DNA of 64,000 nucleotides from Promethearchaeota archaeon (GTDB lineage Archaea > Asgardarchaeota > Lokiarchaeia > Sigyniarchaeales > SOKP01), in contig JBHLNF010000004.1 in NCBI GenBank assembly GCA_048937405.1, positions 64,001 to 128,000 of the forward strand, read 5' to 3'. The notes beneath the pieces were generated by a model. That model made no database searches. It was given only the letters and a program-made list of their open reading frames with translations, and had not been told where the DNA came from. The position numbers and the translations under genes are program-made. Positions 1 through 10,311 of this stretch are shown here, piece by piece (positions within the stretch are counted from its first letter, which is position 1; the number at the start of each line of letters is the position of its first letter).

Positions 1-1137
1 ATTCAAAAAAATCTTGGAAAATTCATATTTATTTCCGAAATATGGTGCTTTGTCTAATTCTCTTTTCACATATATCGTTCTATGCGATATTACATAAGGA
101 GCAATTGTATTAACAATATGAATATCAACTTTATTAAAACCTAATAACCATGTTAAAGCCTTGGAATATCTTAATAGATCCTTGGCAACTCTCACACTTA
201 AAATCGAATCAATTTTATTACAAACATTTTGAGCCGTATTAAAATGACATCCTGAACATAACCCTGTACTGGGTTTTAAGTCTTCTGTATTCCCTTTATC
301 AACACGATCACATAAGGTAAATTCTCTCACTATAGCATGTATATAGTTATTAACTTCAGAGGGGAAAGTAATTTTATTAATATAAAAATGAATTTCCATT
401 AACTCATCTATATTTAAAACTTTAGGTACTTGGATTAATTCATCATAACCACTATATTTTTCATCTTTCCCAGTTAAAATTAGTCGCAAATCATGACTTC
501 CAGGCATTGAAATAGGCACAGAGATTCCAAATCTGTCTAAAAATGGTTGAGATAATTCAAAAGTACCAATATCATGAGGATTTATTGTGGCAAACAGACA
601 GTATTTATTTATAGTAGTAATTGTGTCATAATATTTAACAGTACCTTCTGCAAGCAAAGAGAGTAATATATCTTGAGCATATGGAGTTAGACGGTTTACT
701 TCATCGATTATTTTCCAAAAGTTAGTAACAAATTGACGCCATACAACTTCTTCTTCTCCTTCCTTCATTAGTTTCCCAAGTTTTAAGGTACCTATAAGTT
801 TCTCTTCAGTTAATTGTGGATGTCCTCTTATAATTGAGTTCTCAATTTCATTAAGGGAATTGGAAGTAAACATCCGACCAAGATATTTACAGATTGAGGT
901 TTTCCCCCCACCATGACCACCGATCAACAACATCGCAGAATTAGGAACTAGGGCATTTAAAACATTTAAAGTCAAAATTTCGGGCAAATTTTTCGGTTCA
1001 ATCTTCTTATTTTTTTCATTATAGTATTTTATTTCTAAGTTCTTGGAATGGACGAATAACTGATTTGCTTGTATCAAATTAATGATTTTCCAGACCTTTT
1101 TTCTAAGTGAATCTTCTTCTTCTAATTTTGTCGACAT
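1..1137 (-). CDS. MoxR-like AAA+ ATPase (runs off the left edge of the window)
   Basis: Not in ORF track; manual translation from ATG at 1137 (MSTKLEEEDSLRKKVWK...) gives Walker A GGHGGGKT, Walker B IIDEVNR, ATINP and FLDRF motifs. Confidence 0.85.
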   Translation of the reverse strand, partial: MSTKLEEEDSLRKKVWKIINLIQANQLFVHSKNLEIKYYNEKNKKIEPKNLPEILTLNVLNALVPNSAMLLIGGHGGGKTSICKYLGRMFTSNSLNEIENSIIRGHPQLTEEKLIGTLKLGKLMKEGEEEVVWRQFVTNFWKIIDEVNRLTPYAQDILLSLLAEGTVKYYDTITTINKYCLFATINPHDIGTFELSQPFLDRFGISVPISMPGSHDLRLILTGKDEKYSGYDELIQVPKVLNIDELMEIHFYINKITFPSEVNNYIHAIVREFTLCDRVDKGNTEDLKPSTGLCSGCHFNTAQNVCNKIDSILSVRVAKDLLRYSKALTWLLGFNKVDIHIVNTIAPYVISHRTIYVKRELDKAPYFGNKYEFSKIFLN

Positions 1138-1380
1138 ATGGAGGATTCTCTTTAGATTTTCAATATTAAATAAAAGTTAGTTTGGAAATTTATTTTTAAC
1201 TCTTAATACATTAAGATTTATAAAAAATCCTGAATGTATTATTTTTTTATTACTTAAATATTTTCGATGTTTAAACGAGAATTAAACAAATTTTTCACTC
1301 GATAAAAATTAGTTATTCAGATTCTTTATACCCTCTAAAATTTTGATTTTTTTTATCGTAATAATTTTACAAATTTCTAA

Positions 1381-2154
1381 TTAGGTTTTTTGAGCGTAAA
1401 CAATTGAAGAACCCCCAAAAATATCGATTTTTTTCTCATATTCTTTTAAAACCTTATTAATAACACCTGATTTTATATCTTTTCGTAATTTTTCGCATCC
1501 AGCTTCTATTTGATCCTCTGTTAATAGTGCGAACATCGAATCTCCATCGCGGAAATTCTTATCTAAATATTTTTCTGGTCTCTGATTCAAAATTACTGAA
1601 TCTTTATAGCATACTTTTACTCCTATATTTAAAAATCCAATCTTTTTAAGTAGCAGAGTTAATTCATTTGTATCAAGAAATCGTTTTAATTCCCATTTTA
1701 AACCCTCTGGAAAATAATAAGTATACCAATATGTTTTGATTTGATTATGAGAACATGTATGTATTGCTATAAAACCTTTTTTACGAAGAATACGATAGGC
1801 TTCTTTTAAAAAGACAAATTTATCTCTAATATGATGAATAACTTGAATGGCATATAATCCATCAAAAAGATCTGAACAGAAAGGAAGATTTATGATATTA
1901 CCATTAATAAATTCTAAATTAGGAAACTTAGACACAGCTTTCTTAATCATAGCCAAAGAAAGATCTATACCAATAACATTTTTTGTAAACTGTTTTAGAC
2001 CAGCAGTATAATTTCCGGTACCACATCCCATATCTAAAACTAACGAATTAGAATCTATGTAGGTTAATTTTATTAAAGCATCTAACGTCTTATCATTAAT
2101 ACCTCTACTTAAATCGTAAATTTGGCTAAGTTTATCGTATTTTATTTCTCTCAT
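1381..2154 (-). CDS. Class I SAM-dependent methyltransferase (UbiE/Methyltransf_11-like)
   Basis: VLDMGCGTG motif I, GIDLS, FD..Y motif. Confidence 0.85.
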   Translation of the reverse strand: MREIKYDKLSQIYDLSRGINDKTLDALIKLTYIDSNSLVLDMGCGTGNYTAGLKQFTKNVIGIDLSLAMIKKAVSKFPNLEFINGNIINLPFCSDLFDGLYAIQVIHHIRDKFVFLKEAYRILRKKGFIAIHTCSHNQIKTYWYTYYFPEGLKWELKRFLDTNELTLLLKKIGFLNIGVKVCYKDSVILNQRPEKYLDKNFRDGDSMFALLTEDQIEAGCEKLRKDIKSGVINKVLKEYEKKIDIFGGSSIVYAQKT

Positions 2155-2229
2155 TAATATTCTAAATAAAATTTAACTAGTTTACAAATTTTTCGAATAA
2201 AAAACTATAAAAACAGAAATTCTATTTGT

Positions 2230-2916
2230 TTATAAATCTATTAATTCAGTTAAACTCTCTATAACATAATCTGGTTGAAATTCCCACTGGTCATAGGGTT
2301 TTGTTTCAATTTTAAATTGTCTTTTAATTAGGCATGATGAAATATTTGCTTTTTTTGCAGCTATTATATCGACAATTGAATCCCCAATCATTAAGGCTTT
2401 AGAATTCTTAGGATTATAATTGAACTTTCTTAAAATTGAAAAAATACCTTTAGGAGATGGTTTTGCAAAACTTTCATTAATTCCAGGACCCATACTAAAG
2501 ATGTCATGAAAAAAATCGATTATGTTAAATTTTTTTAAGATATAGTCTACAACATAACCGGTTGTATTAGTTAAAATAGCAAGTCTATTAGATTTTTTAT
2601 AAATCTCTTGGAGTATTTCAATAACATCATTAAATAATCCTATTTTGTTTTGTTTAATTAGGACTTTTCGTTGCTCAAAATCAATTTTATCATATATTTT
2701 CCAAAAATTACGTGGTTCAAGAATACCCCACTTATTCAATATCTTTATAAATTCATTTCCTGCTAACCAAAATTTTAGTCTTTCTTCTCTATTTGGTATT
2801 TTAGGAGCATTCAATGTAAGTAAAGTAAGTGTAAAAATTTTTTCTGCATAAGCACGAATATTTCCCAGATCTAATAAAGTTCCATCTAAATCAAAAATAT
2901 AAAATTTAAAGGTCAT
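2230..2916 (-). CDS. HAD-superfamily hydrolase (phosphoglycolate phosphatase-like)
   Basis: FDLDGTL, LTN, KPSP, MIGDS..DI motifs. Confidence 0.9.
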   Translation of the reverse strand: MTFKFYIFDLDGTLLDLGNIRAYAEKIFTLTLLTLNAPKIPNREERLKFWLAGNEFIKILNKWGILEPRNFWKIYDKIDFEQRKVLIKQNKIGLFNDVIEILQEIYKKSNRLAILTNTTGYVVDYILKKFNIIDFFHDIFSMGPGINESFAKPSPKGIFSILRKFNYNPKNSKALMIGDSIVDIIAAKKANISSCLIKRQFKIETKPYDQWEFQPDYVIESLTELIDL

Positions 2917-2943
2917 TTTCTTACTAAAAAAATGAAAAATTAT

Positions 2944-3297
2944 TTAAAAATAGCCTATATGCCCTAAATTCTTCTTGTTCTCATCTAAAGCGTATACCAA
3001 TCCCATCGATAAAGGTTCTTCATCTTTATTTTTAGTAGATTTAGCTACTTTTTTTATAGTATCTAATTTTAAAATGAAAATACCATTACATTTTTTGCAT
3101 TTAATGTATATTTCTTTTGTTTGTATCTTATCATCTTCATATTCTTCTTTCTTAAAAGCTTTTAATAATTCACCATTCTCATTATCACAATTTGGCAAAA
3201 AACATTGATCTAAAGAGATCTTTTCCATACCTCGTCTAGCTAAAGCAATATATGCATAACTTGGAATTTCAAGCTTAAAATCTTCCTTATTTTCCAT
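2944..3297 (-). CDS. Hypothetical protein, possible zinc-binding (CxxxxC...CxxC)
   Basis: 117-aa ORF with CFLPNC and CKKC; co-oriented with HAD gene. Confidence 0.6.
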   Translation of the reverse strand: MENKEDFKLEIPSYAYIALARRGMEKISLDQCFLPNCDNENGELLKAFKKEEYEDDKIQTKEIYIKCKKCNGIFILKLDTIKKVAKSTKNKDEEPLSMGLVYALDENKKNLGHIGYF

Positions 3298-3418
3298 AAT
3301 TAAATAAGAAATAACTATTACTTAATACTTATCATTATTTTTTAAAGCATTTTAGAAATTTTAAGTATGGTAGTTAATCTTAATTATTATTTAGTATTAT
3401 TATTTATTGAACGAAGAT

Positions 3419-3724
3419 ATGTCAGATAAGGAAGAATTCTCAAAGGAGACTATTGATCATATTTCAAAGTTAGCTTTATTAGATTTATCAGAAGATGAAA
3501 AGGAAAAATTATCTCAAGAATTAGGAGATATTTTAAATTATTTTAAAAAACTCGATGATTTAGATACTAGTAATGTCAAACCCACTACACATCCAATAGA
3601 GGGTTTGAAAAATGTTTTTCGTGAAGATATTCCTAGAAAATCATTAACAATTGAAGAAGCTTTGAAAAATGCAAAACATAAAAAAGATGGATATTTTAAA
3701 GCTCCAAGAATACTGAAAGAATAA
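3419..3724 (+). CDS. gatC: Asp/Glu-tRNA amidotransferase subunit C
   Basis: HISKLALL, LDTSNVKPT, FREDIP, GYFKAPRI; ATG at 3419 preferred over TTG 3407. Confidence 0.92.
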   Translation: MSDKEEFSKETIDHISKLALLDLSEDEKEKLSQELGDILNYFKKLDDLDTSNVKPTTHPIEGLKNVFREDIPRKSLTIEEALKNAKHKKDGYFKAPRILKE

Positions 3725-3731
3725 TAACAGT

Positions 3732-4742
3732 CTATTTTTTATATTCTTCAGTTAATTCTCTTATTGCTTGAGCCATGTCTTTGAGTGCCTTTCTTCTTTC
3801 TTTTGAGGTCATATCATAGAAATCGTCTTCTAAGTCAGATCCTACTTTTTGTGTAGTTGCCATGTCTCTATATTTTGTGTATACTAAACTTGTTATATAT
3901 TTATCGTACCTTTCTAAAGCTCTATTTAACTTGGGATCATCTTTAATTTCGTTCCAAAGTTGTAAAGTTTCTAAAGATCTAAGCCCTAAATCTATTCTAA
4001 ACCAACTTATTGGAAACAATAATTCTCGCTGAATTCCCATTTCAATGATAGCTAGATTATCCTCATCAATATATAGTTCTGGAATTTCATCTTCCCTATA
4101 TACTATGTTATCACTCATTATATAAAGATTTGCTGCACCTCGCGATGTGCAAACAATTCCCGTTGCAAAGCCTTTGGCCATCCTTAAAGTATCAGCTAAA
4201 TCTTCCAGTTTATTTCCTCTAATATGGAGCTTATGTTTTTTAGTTCCTTGAATTTCAACATAAATTGTTTTCGTACCTTTTGAATCAGAAAGGATTTTCG
4301 GAAATAAATCTTTATCCCGTGTTCTTTTATGAGCTTCTAAAAGTTTATTTATAATTTCATAATCTAATTTTAATCCAGGTATTACTGTGTTTTGATTAAG
4401 AAACGCATCTACTTCAAAATCAGCAATTCCGTAAAATAATTTTCCATTATTAATAATGTTATAAATTGTTTCTTCAATAGTTTTAATTAAAGCTTTAGGA
4501 TCTTCTCGAATAGAATCATATTCTTTTGTAGTAAATGTATCTATTTGGTCAGTTAGCCCTTCTTCTTGATAAAAAGCACCCCAGCTTAATTCAGTAAAAA
4601 TTATACTCTCTGAATATAAATTGTGGTGCGAATCAAAACTTAAAATGGTTTTAGTGCCACCTAATTCAACACCCAATTTAGATCCCGAGGCTAAAATCGT
4701 TGAAGGAGGATTAAAAAATGTGATTGGCAACGATAAAAACAC
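3732..4742 (-). CDS. Hypothetical protein
   Basis: 336-aa ORF with GTG start and globular-protein composition; no motif recognised. Confidence 0.7.
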   Translation of the reverse strand: MFLSLPITFFNPPSTILASGSKLGVELGGTKTILSFDSHHNLYSESIIFTELSWGAFYQEEGLTDQIDTFTTKEYDSIREDPKALIKTIEETIYNIINNGKLFYGIADFEVDAFLNQNTVIPGLKLDYEIINKLLEAHKRTRDKDLFPKILSDSKGTKTIYVEIQGTKKHKLHIRGNKLEDLADTLRMAKGFATGIVCTSRGAANLYIMSDNIVYREDEIPELYIDEDNLAIIEMGIQRELLFPISWFRIDLGLRSLETLQLWNEIKDDPKLNRALERYDKYITSLVYTKYRDMATTQKVGSDLEDDFYDMTSKERRKALKDMAQAIRELTEEYKK

Positions 4743-4867
4743 TTAATTCTAATTTAATTTTCTTATATCCAAGTAAACTTTTTGAACTAATTCTAATAAT
4801 TAAAGATAAAAAACATATTTATAATTAGTGAAACAAATAGGGATTATACAATTTCAATTTTAAATTT

Positions 4868-6391
4868 TCAAATTTCAAATTTAGGGTTTGAATTTTTACG
4901 ATATTCTGCATAACGACATAAAATGCTTAAGCATTTAGTTATATTATCCCACATACTAAATATAGGAATGTTGTGTTCTACAAATTTTTGCATCCAGCGA
5001 TATCTATAAGGAAATGGTCCAGCAAAAAATAACGGTTTTGAATATTTTCTCAGAAATCTTTTTACAGATTTTGAAATAATATTTTCAAAGATCTCATCTC
5101 TATTTTTCATGGTTTCATCTAATTCCATACCTGATTTTTCAATTATATCAAGTATATCATCAAAATCATAGACTCCAAAAACTAGAACTGCATCAACTTC
5201 GTTAGATTTCAGTAATAATTTTGGAAATTTTATAAACATGTTCATAAAGTTATTGTGAAAAGTAATATCAATAGGATTCACTGAACTTGCAGTTTTAGGA
5301 ATATCCTTTTTAATTATTGATTGTAATTCTTGTGAAAATTCAGGTACCTCCAATCCATATAGTTCAGAAGATTTAGTCATCATGGCACCAGGACCTCCAG
5401 AATCTGTTATAATTCCGACTCTATTCCCTTTTGGAAAGATGTTGTATGATTGAGCTTGTGACAAAGTTCTAAGATAAAACAAAAAATCCATAATTGAATT
5501 TGTCGAAATAATCCCTGTTTCTTTAAATACAGCTTCATAAATTTTATTGTCAGAACTAATTGATCCTGTATGACTCATTATAGATCTTGCTGCAGCTTTT
5601 GTACCTCCAGCATAAATTGCAACAATCGGCTTTTTGGGAGTAATTTTCCTCGATAATTTAATGAAATCCTTTCCACGTTTGATTTCTTCAATATAAAGCC
5701 CTATAACCTCTGTTTGAGGATCATTTTTAAAATACTGTAAGACATCAACTAAATCTATGTTTCTTTCATTCCCTACTGAAATAGATTTTCCTACTTTAAT
5801 TCCTAGATCATTTGTATAAAAAGCAGTTTGAGCCGCAACTGTACCTGATTGACTTATTAAGGAAATATTTCCTCGTTTATGAGGAAGATAAATCCAGAAA
5901 GTGTTAAAATAATTATCTTTTCTATTAGGATAACCATACCATCCATTATATATACCCAGACAGTTAGGTCCAATGAACCTCATTTTATATTTCTTAGCTA
6001 TTTTGTCAATTTGTTTAGATAATTCTATTCCATCAGCTCCAATTTCTCGAAATCCACCTGATGTAATAATCAAATGTTTTACACCTTTTTGACCACATTC
6101 TTCCATAACTTGGGGTACTATTCTAGTTGGCAATATAATAAATGCTAGGTCTGGTATAATTGGGATATCAAAAATAGTTTTATAAGCTTGAATTCCTTGC
6201 ACTTTTTCTAATCTTGGATGCACAGGGAATATATTTCCATTAAGTCCACCACCAGCAATAATATTTCTTAGTTGCATTGACCCCATTGTTGTCATAAGAT
6301 TATTATTAGCACCAAAAACACAAATACTCTTAGGATTAAGAATTTTTTCAAGAAAATGATCTTTAAGAGATTCTGACTTACTCTCACTCAT
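4868..6391 (-). CDS. Acyl-CoA synthetase (NDP-forming), alpha subunit
   Basis: NPKSICVFGA CoA-binding fold, GPNCLG, SQSG, SHTGS phospho-His, NPID. Confidence 0.9.
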   Translation of the reverse strand: MSESKSESLKDHFLEKILNPKSICVFGANNNLMTTMGSMQLRNIIAGGGLNGNIFPVHPRLEKVQGIQAYKTIFDIPIIPDLAFIILPTRIVPQVMEECGQKGVKHLIITSGGFREIGADGIELSKQIDKIAKKYKMRFIGPNCLGIYNGWYGYPNRKDNYFNTFWIYLPHKRGNISLISQSGTVAAQTAFYTNDLGIKVGKSISVGNERNIDLVDVLQYFKNDPQTEVIGLYIEEIKRGKDFIKLSRKITPKKPIVAIYAGGTKAAARSIMSHTGSISSDNKIYEAVFKETGIISTNSIMDFLFYLRTLSQAQSYNIFPKGNRVGIITDSGGPGAMMTKSSELYGLEVPEFSQELQSIIKKDIPKTASSVNPIDITFHNNFMNMFIKFPKLLLKSNEVDAVLVFGVYDFDDILDIIEKSGMELDETMKNRDEIFENIISKSVKRFLRKYSKPLFFAGPFPYRYRWMQKFVEHNIPIFSMWDNITKCLSILCRYAEYRKNSNPKFEI

Positions 6392-6460
6392 AGGATATTT
6401 TGAACCATATTTTTAACAAAGAAAATTAATAAAAGAACAAAAATATTATGAATGAAAAAT

Positions 6461-6682
6461 TTATGAAAGTTCTTCATCTCTTAGTAATTCAATTTCGGCA
6501 GAAAAACCAGGAATCATACCTTCATAATCAACATATGTTTTTTCCTTCAATTTCTTTAAAACCAGTCTTACACCTTCAAATTTCTCCTCACATAGAGCTT
6601 GTAATTCTTTGTAATTAATTTTACCACCATGTTCTTTTATCTTTTCAATGATAAATATTTCTTCTTGAGATAAATCTGACAT
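6461..6682 (-). CDS. Small winged-helix-like protein
   Basis: MSDLSQEEIFIIEKIKEHGGKINYKEL...LKKLKEKTYV wHTH-like pattern; alternative start 6697. Confidence 0.6.
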   Translation of the reverse strand: MSDLSQEEIFIIEKIKEHGGKINYKELQALCEEKFEGVRLVLKKLKEKTYVDYEGMIPGFSAEIELLRDEELS

Positions 6683-6721
6683 AATAAAATTTTTCATTTT
6701 TTAACTTATATAAATTTGTAT

Positions 6722-6942
6722 TCAATTTTTCCCTGTACTCCCAAATCCCCCTTGTCCACGTTCTGATCCAGTAAATTATCCGTTTCAACGAATTTATAAT
6801 TATATAATTTAGATAAAATAATTTGACAGATTCTTTCACCTTTTTTCAATGTAACTTCTTTATTTGAAAGGTTTACTACAATTGCCATCCATTCATTTCT
6901 ATAACCTGTATCATTCATATTAGGAGAATTCACAATTGATAT
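6722..6942 (-). pseudogene. dut: Displaced 3' half of a dUTPase gene (remnant)
   Basis: Reads ISIVNSPNMNDTGYRNEW...KGERICQII... then a 1-nt deletion, then SERGQGGFGSTGKN*; colinear with 8960..9181 of the intact dut; motif III GTID changed to NMND. Confidence 0.9.
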
Positions 6943-7218
6943 ATTATTCTATAAAAAGATGTAGTTTAAATATAATCTTTTGAAGATTGCTTTAATTAAA
7001 TAGAAAATTATTGGTAACACCTCACTTTTTCGCTTTCTTTGATAATCCATCAATTTGTACAGATTTATACATGATCATTACATCTATGAAAAATCAATGT
7101 ACTTTCTTAATTTATATGAGTTATACTCCACTTAGATAGTTATGATCGCCTATTTTTGTGAAAGAGATTTTCTTAGCTTTATCGCATTATTATATAAAAA
7201 AATGATTCCAATTATGAT

Positions 7219-8808
7219 ATGACTAAAAAATATTGTAAAAAAGCCCAACAAGAAGATAAAGTTAAAAATGTTCCATTAAAATTCAGAGAACCGAATAGGA
7301 TAGCTATTAAATTCATTTGGACTGAAATCGATAATTTCATAATCCTGGAAAGAGAAAAATTTGACAAAAAATTGAAATATTTAGAAGAAATTAAAGGATA
7401 TTATCTTCTGAAAAAAATTGTGATAAAATATTTAGATAGTATTAATTTAATTAGTGAAAATTTAAACTCTAGAAGTAAAATATTAATAGAACGTTCAATA
7501 GTGATGATATATTTATTAAGAGCCAAAAATCCTCCTTCAGATCGACAAATTGCACTTAAAGCAGGCTATAGACAAAGAGCATCTATTATTAAAAAGATAA
7601 AAATTCATTTAGGGATTTTAGAAGAAACTATAACTAACCATATTTGGATGGAAATTGATAATTTTATAACTCAAGAAAGAGAGATGCTTTATAGAAAATT
7701 AGGACATTTAGAAGAGAACGAAAAATATCACCTTATAAAGCAGATAATTATGAAATACTTAATTAATAAAACAAATTTAGTAGATAGAAATCTTTCCCTA
7801 ACCAAGAGAACATCCATAGAGCGAGTTATAGTGATAATTTACTTATTAAGATCTAAAAACTCTCTAAGATTTACTGACATAATGATAAAGTCAGGACATA
7901 AAGATGAAAAACTGATAAGAGATATTGCTAATTATTTTGGAATACATACTCAATTAGAAATTGATTATATAAATCAGACGAGAGTGTGTGCTAGATGTAA
8001 AAAGATGCTTAGTTTTGATAATTTTAATATTTATAATGGAAAAATAAGATCTATGTGTATAAAATGTGATAATATACGAGATGGAATAAACCGATTTCAA
8101 AAAAAATTATTAGCAACAATTTTTATCACATTAAAACACGAAAAAGGGATGACCGTCAAAGAATTCCTTCTGAGAGTGAATCGAGGTGAAAAATTCGATA
8201 TTGAAATTAAATGTCCAGAATGTGGACTTGATTTGTATTTCTTGCCTTCCTATGTTTTTCATCATCCTAATCCTGCACTAAAAACTATTTCCTGGAAAAT
8301 GTTAGCAGTTAAAAAAGTTGAAGACATTATCAGTAATTTAGATGAAGAACAATGTGTTTTTATATGTGGTAATTGTCATAGATTAAAAAAGTCAAAATTT
8401 ATTACGGAACATTTAGATGAAATTTTAACTGAGAATATTGATTGGAAGCATTATAATGACAATGAAAAAAAAAATCTTCGACGTTTAATTAGAAAGAAAA
8501 AGATTTTTGAAGATTTGTATAATGGTGTTTGTTTTTATTGTAAGAAACTAATGGTTGATAAACTTGCTATAATTGATTTTCATCATACTATTGAAGAACT
8601 TAAGGAATATAGTTGGAGTAAAGATCTTAGGGATAATGAAGATATCGAGTATGTTAAAAGGATATTATTAAAAGAAAAACAAGTAGGGGTTTGTCATAAT
8701 TGCCATTACATGGAAACTGCTATATATTTCAATAACAATAAGTATGAGATATTTAGTAAATACTTATCAGATAATATAGTAAATAAACTTAGATTAGAGA
8801 ATAAATGA
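7219..8808 (+). CDS. Free-standing double-HNH endonuclease-like protein with duplicated N-terminal helical domain
   Basis: Two CxxC...FHH...CxNCH modules, a CARC/CIKC zinc finger, and two ~105-aa repeats starting IW.EIDNFI..ERE. Confidence 0.75.
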   Translation: MTKKYCKKAQQEDKVKNVPLKFREPNRIAIKFIWTEIDNFIILEREKFDKKLKYLEEIKGYYLLKKIVIKYLDSINLISENLNSRSKILIERSIVMIYLLRAKNPPSDRQIALKAGYRQRASIIKKIKIHLGILEETITNHIWMEIDNFITQEREMLYRKLGHLEENEKYHLIKQIIMKYLINKTNLVDRNLSLTKRTSIERVIVIIYLLRSKNSLRFTDIMIKSGHKDEKLIRDIANYFGIHTQLEIDYINQTRVCARCKKMLSFDNFNIYNGKIRSMCIKCDNIRDGINRFQKKLLATIFITLKHEKGMTVKEFLLRVNRGEKFDIEIKCPECGLDLYFLPSYVFHHPNPALKTISWKMLAVKKVEDIISNLDEEQCVFICGNCHRLKKSKFITEHLDEILTENIDWKHYNDNEKKNLRRLIRKKKIFEDLYNGVCFYCKKLMVDKLAIIDFHHTIEELKEYSWSKDLRDNEDIEYVKRILLKEKQVGVCHNCHYMETAIYFNNNKYEIFSKYLSDNIVNKLRLENK

Positions 8809-8959
8809 GACATTTTTTATTAACCATGAAAAGAATAAATGTTAGGGGAATTATTTAAAACTAGAACTCAGAAATTGATCTATTCCCACCATTTTCTGTA
8901 TCTAATTAAAAAATTATTCTAACGAATCAGATTATTTTTTGAAAGAAGAAAAAGGATTA

Positions 8960-9466
8960 TTATTTTTTACCAGTTGACCCAAATCCCTCTAAACCGCGTT
9001 CTGAATTAGGTAATTCCTCCATTTCAATAAATTCGTATTCATACATTTTAGCGAGTATTATTTGACAAATTCTATCTCTCTTTTTCAAAATAATCTTTTT
9101 ATTAGAAAGATTTATAACAATAGCGATCCATTCGTTTCTATAACCTGAATCAATTGTACCCGGAGAATTAACAATGGATAATCCTTCAAGTGCAAATCCA
9201 CTTCGAGGTACAACCTTAAAATAATAGCCTTCTGGTATGGCTGTTGAAAAACCTAAAGAGCACCCTACAAGTTCTAAAGATTTTAATGTGTAAGAATCTG
9301 AGTGCACATCAATTAGTTCTTTTTTCCCATTTTTAGAGACTATTTTTTTAAATCCTATAATTCTAGCATCTGCCCCAGCATCCCCAGGTCTAGAGTGATT
9401 GGGGGGAGATACACCTACAGCTAATGTTTTGATGGGGATTGATATTTTCCCATTACTATCTTCCAT
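8960..9466 (-). CDS. dut: Trimeric dUTP diphosphatase
   Basis: GDAGAD, PRSG, NSPGTIDSGYR, RICQ, RGLEGFGSTG (motifs I-V); start uncertain (9466/9487/9499). Confidence 0.93.
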   Translation of the reverse strand: MEDSNGKISIPIKTLAVGVSPPNHSRPGDAGADARIIGFKKIVSKNGKKELIDVHSDSYTLKSLELVGCSLGFSTAIPEGYYFKVVPRSGFALEGLSIVNSPGTIDSGYRNEWIAIVINLSNKKIILKKRDRICQIILAKMYEYEFIEMEELPNSERGLEGFGSTGKK

Positions 9467-9891
9467 TTCTATCTGATTACGTTTCATAATATATATCAAT
9501 ATTTTGTTGTATATTTATATAAAAAAAAATTTTTATTAACTCCTCATTAAACTTAAAGAAAGCAATATATCTCTTGTGAATTATATTTATTCTCAATATA
9601 CAATCAATTATAAAATAAATAAATAATAATAGGGATATAATTTTGTCATTTAAATTGTATAAGAATTTGTATAATTTTGCATTAATATAATAATTAATTG
9701 AGAGTATTTTCAATTTATCGAATGAATATCTTTTTCATTTTTATAAGGGAGTAAATCATTCTTCATTCTAAAAATCAACTCTTCAAAAATTGAGAATTAT
9801 TCTAAAAAATATAATACCTTCAATGATAATTTGAGCAATAACTAATTATGCTAATTCAATAAGAAAACAAAGTCTAAAATATCTCCATAAA

Positions 9892-10063
9892 TCAATAATG
9901 ATAAATATCAAAAATCCACGCTTTTCCACTTGTATTTTCTATTGCTTTTGCAACTTCTTTTTGCCTTCCTGGAGCAATCGCAAGCATACAACCACCACCA
10001 CCAGCTCCCATTTGTTTTGCTCCAAGTGCACCAGCATTTTTAGCGGCTTCACATAATTTTAAA
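9892..10063 (-). pseudogene. C-terminal fragment of a GHMP kinase (galactokinase/mevalonate kinase family)
   Basis: Translates LKLCEAAKNAGALGAKQMGAGGGGCMLAIAPGRQKEVAKAIENTSGKAWIFDIYHY*; no N-terminal part upstream. Confidence 0.8.
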
Positions 10064-10163
10064 ATTTTTCAAAATAAGAAAAAAAGTCGAGATATCATTT
10101 TAATGGATAACTCTAATAAAAACATTATTCATTTAAACATATTATAAATCATTATATTCCCTA

Positions 10164-10301
10164 TGGTGAAAAAATTGATTAATATCGATAGATACGACCC
10201 TAAAAAAAGATTAAGAAGTATTAAAGGCAATTTTTAAAGATTTTATAGGGATCTTATCTTTTTTCTTTTCTCTTTGGGAAATCTATGGAAAGTAATTAAA
10301 C
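10164..10301 (+). pseudogene. Decayed copy of the RBS and first ~40 codons of the GNAT-like gene at 12187
   Basis: tggtgaaaaaattgattaatatcgatagatacgaccct... aligns with 12176..12313 (tggtgaaaaaaatgattgttatcgatagatacgaccct...); +1 insertion and in-frame stops. Confidence 0.88.
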
Positions 10302-10311
10302 TATACAAAAA

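Noticed and set aside
6645-6933. ORF-track entries 6645..6839 and 6706..6933 as genes
   Set aside because: They are frames across the frameshifted dut remnant
9477-9713. 78-aa minus-strand ORF
   Set aside because: Low-complexity AT-rich intergenic frame, no RBS or motif
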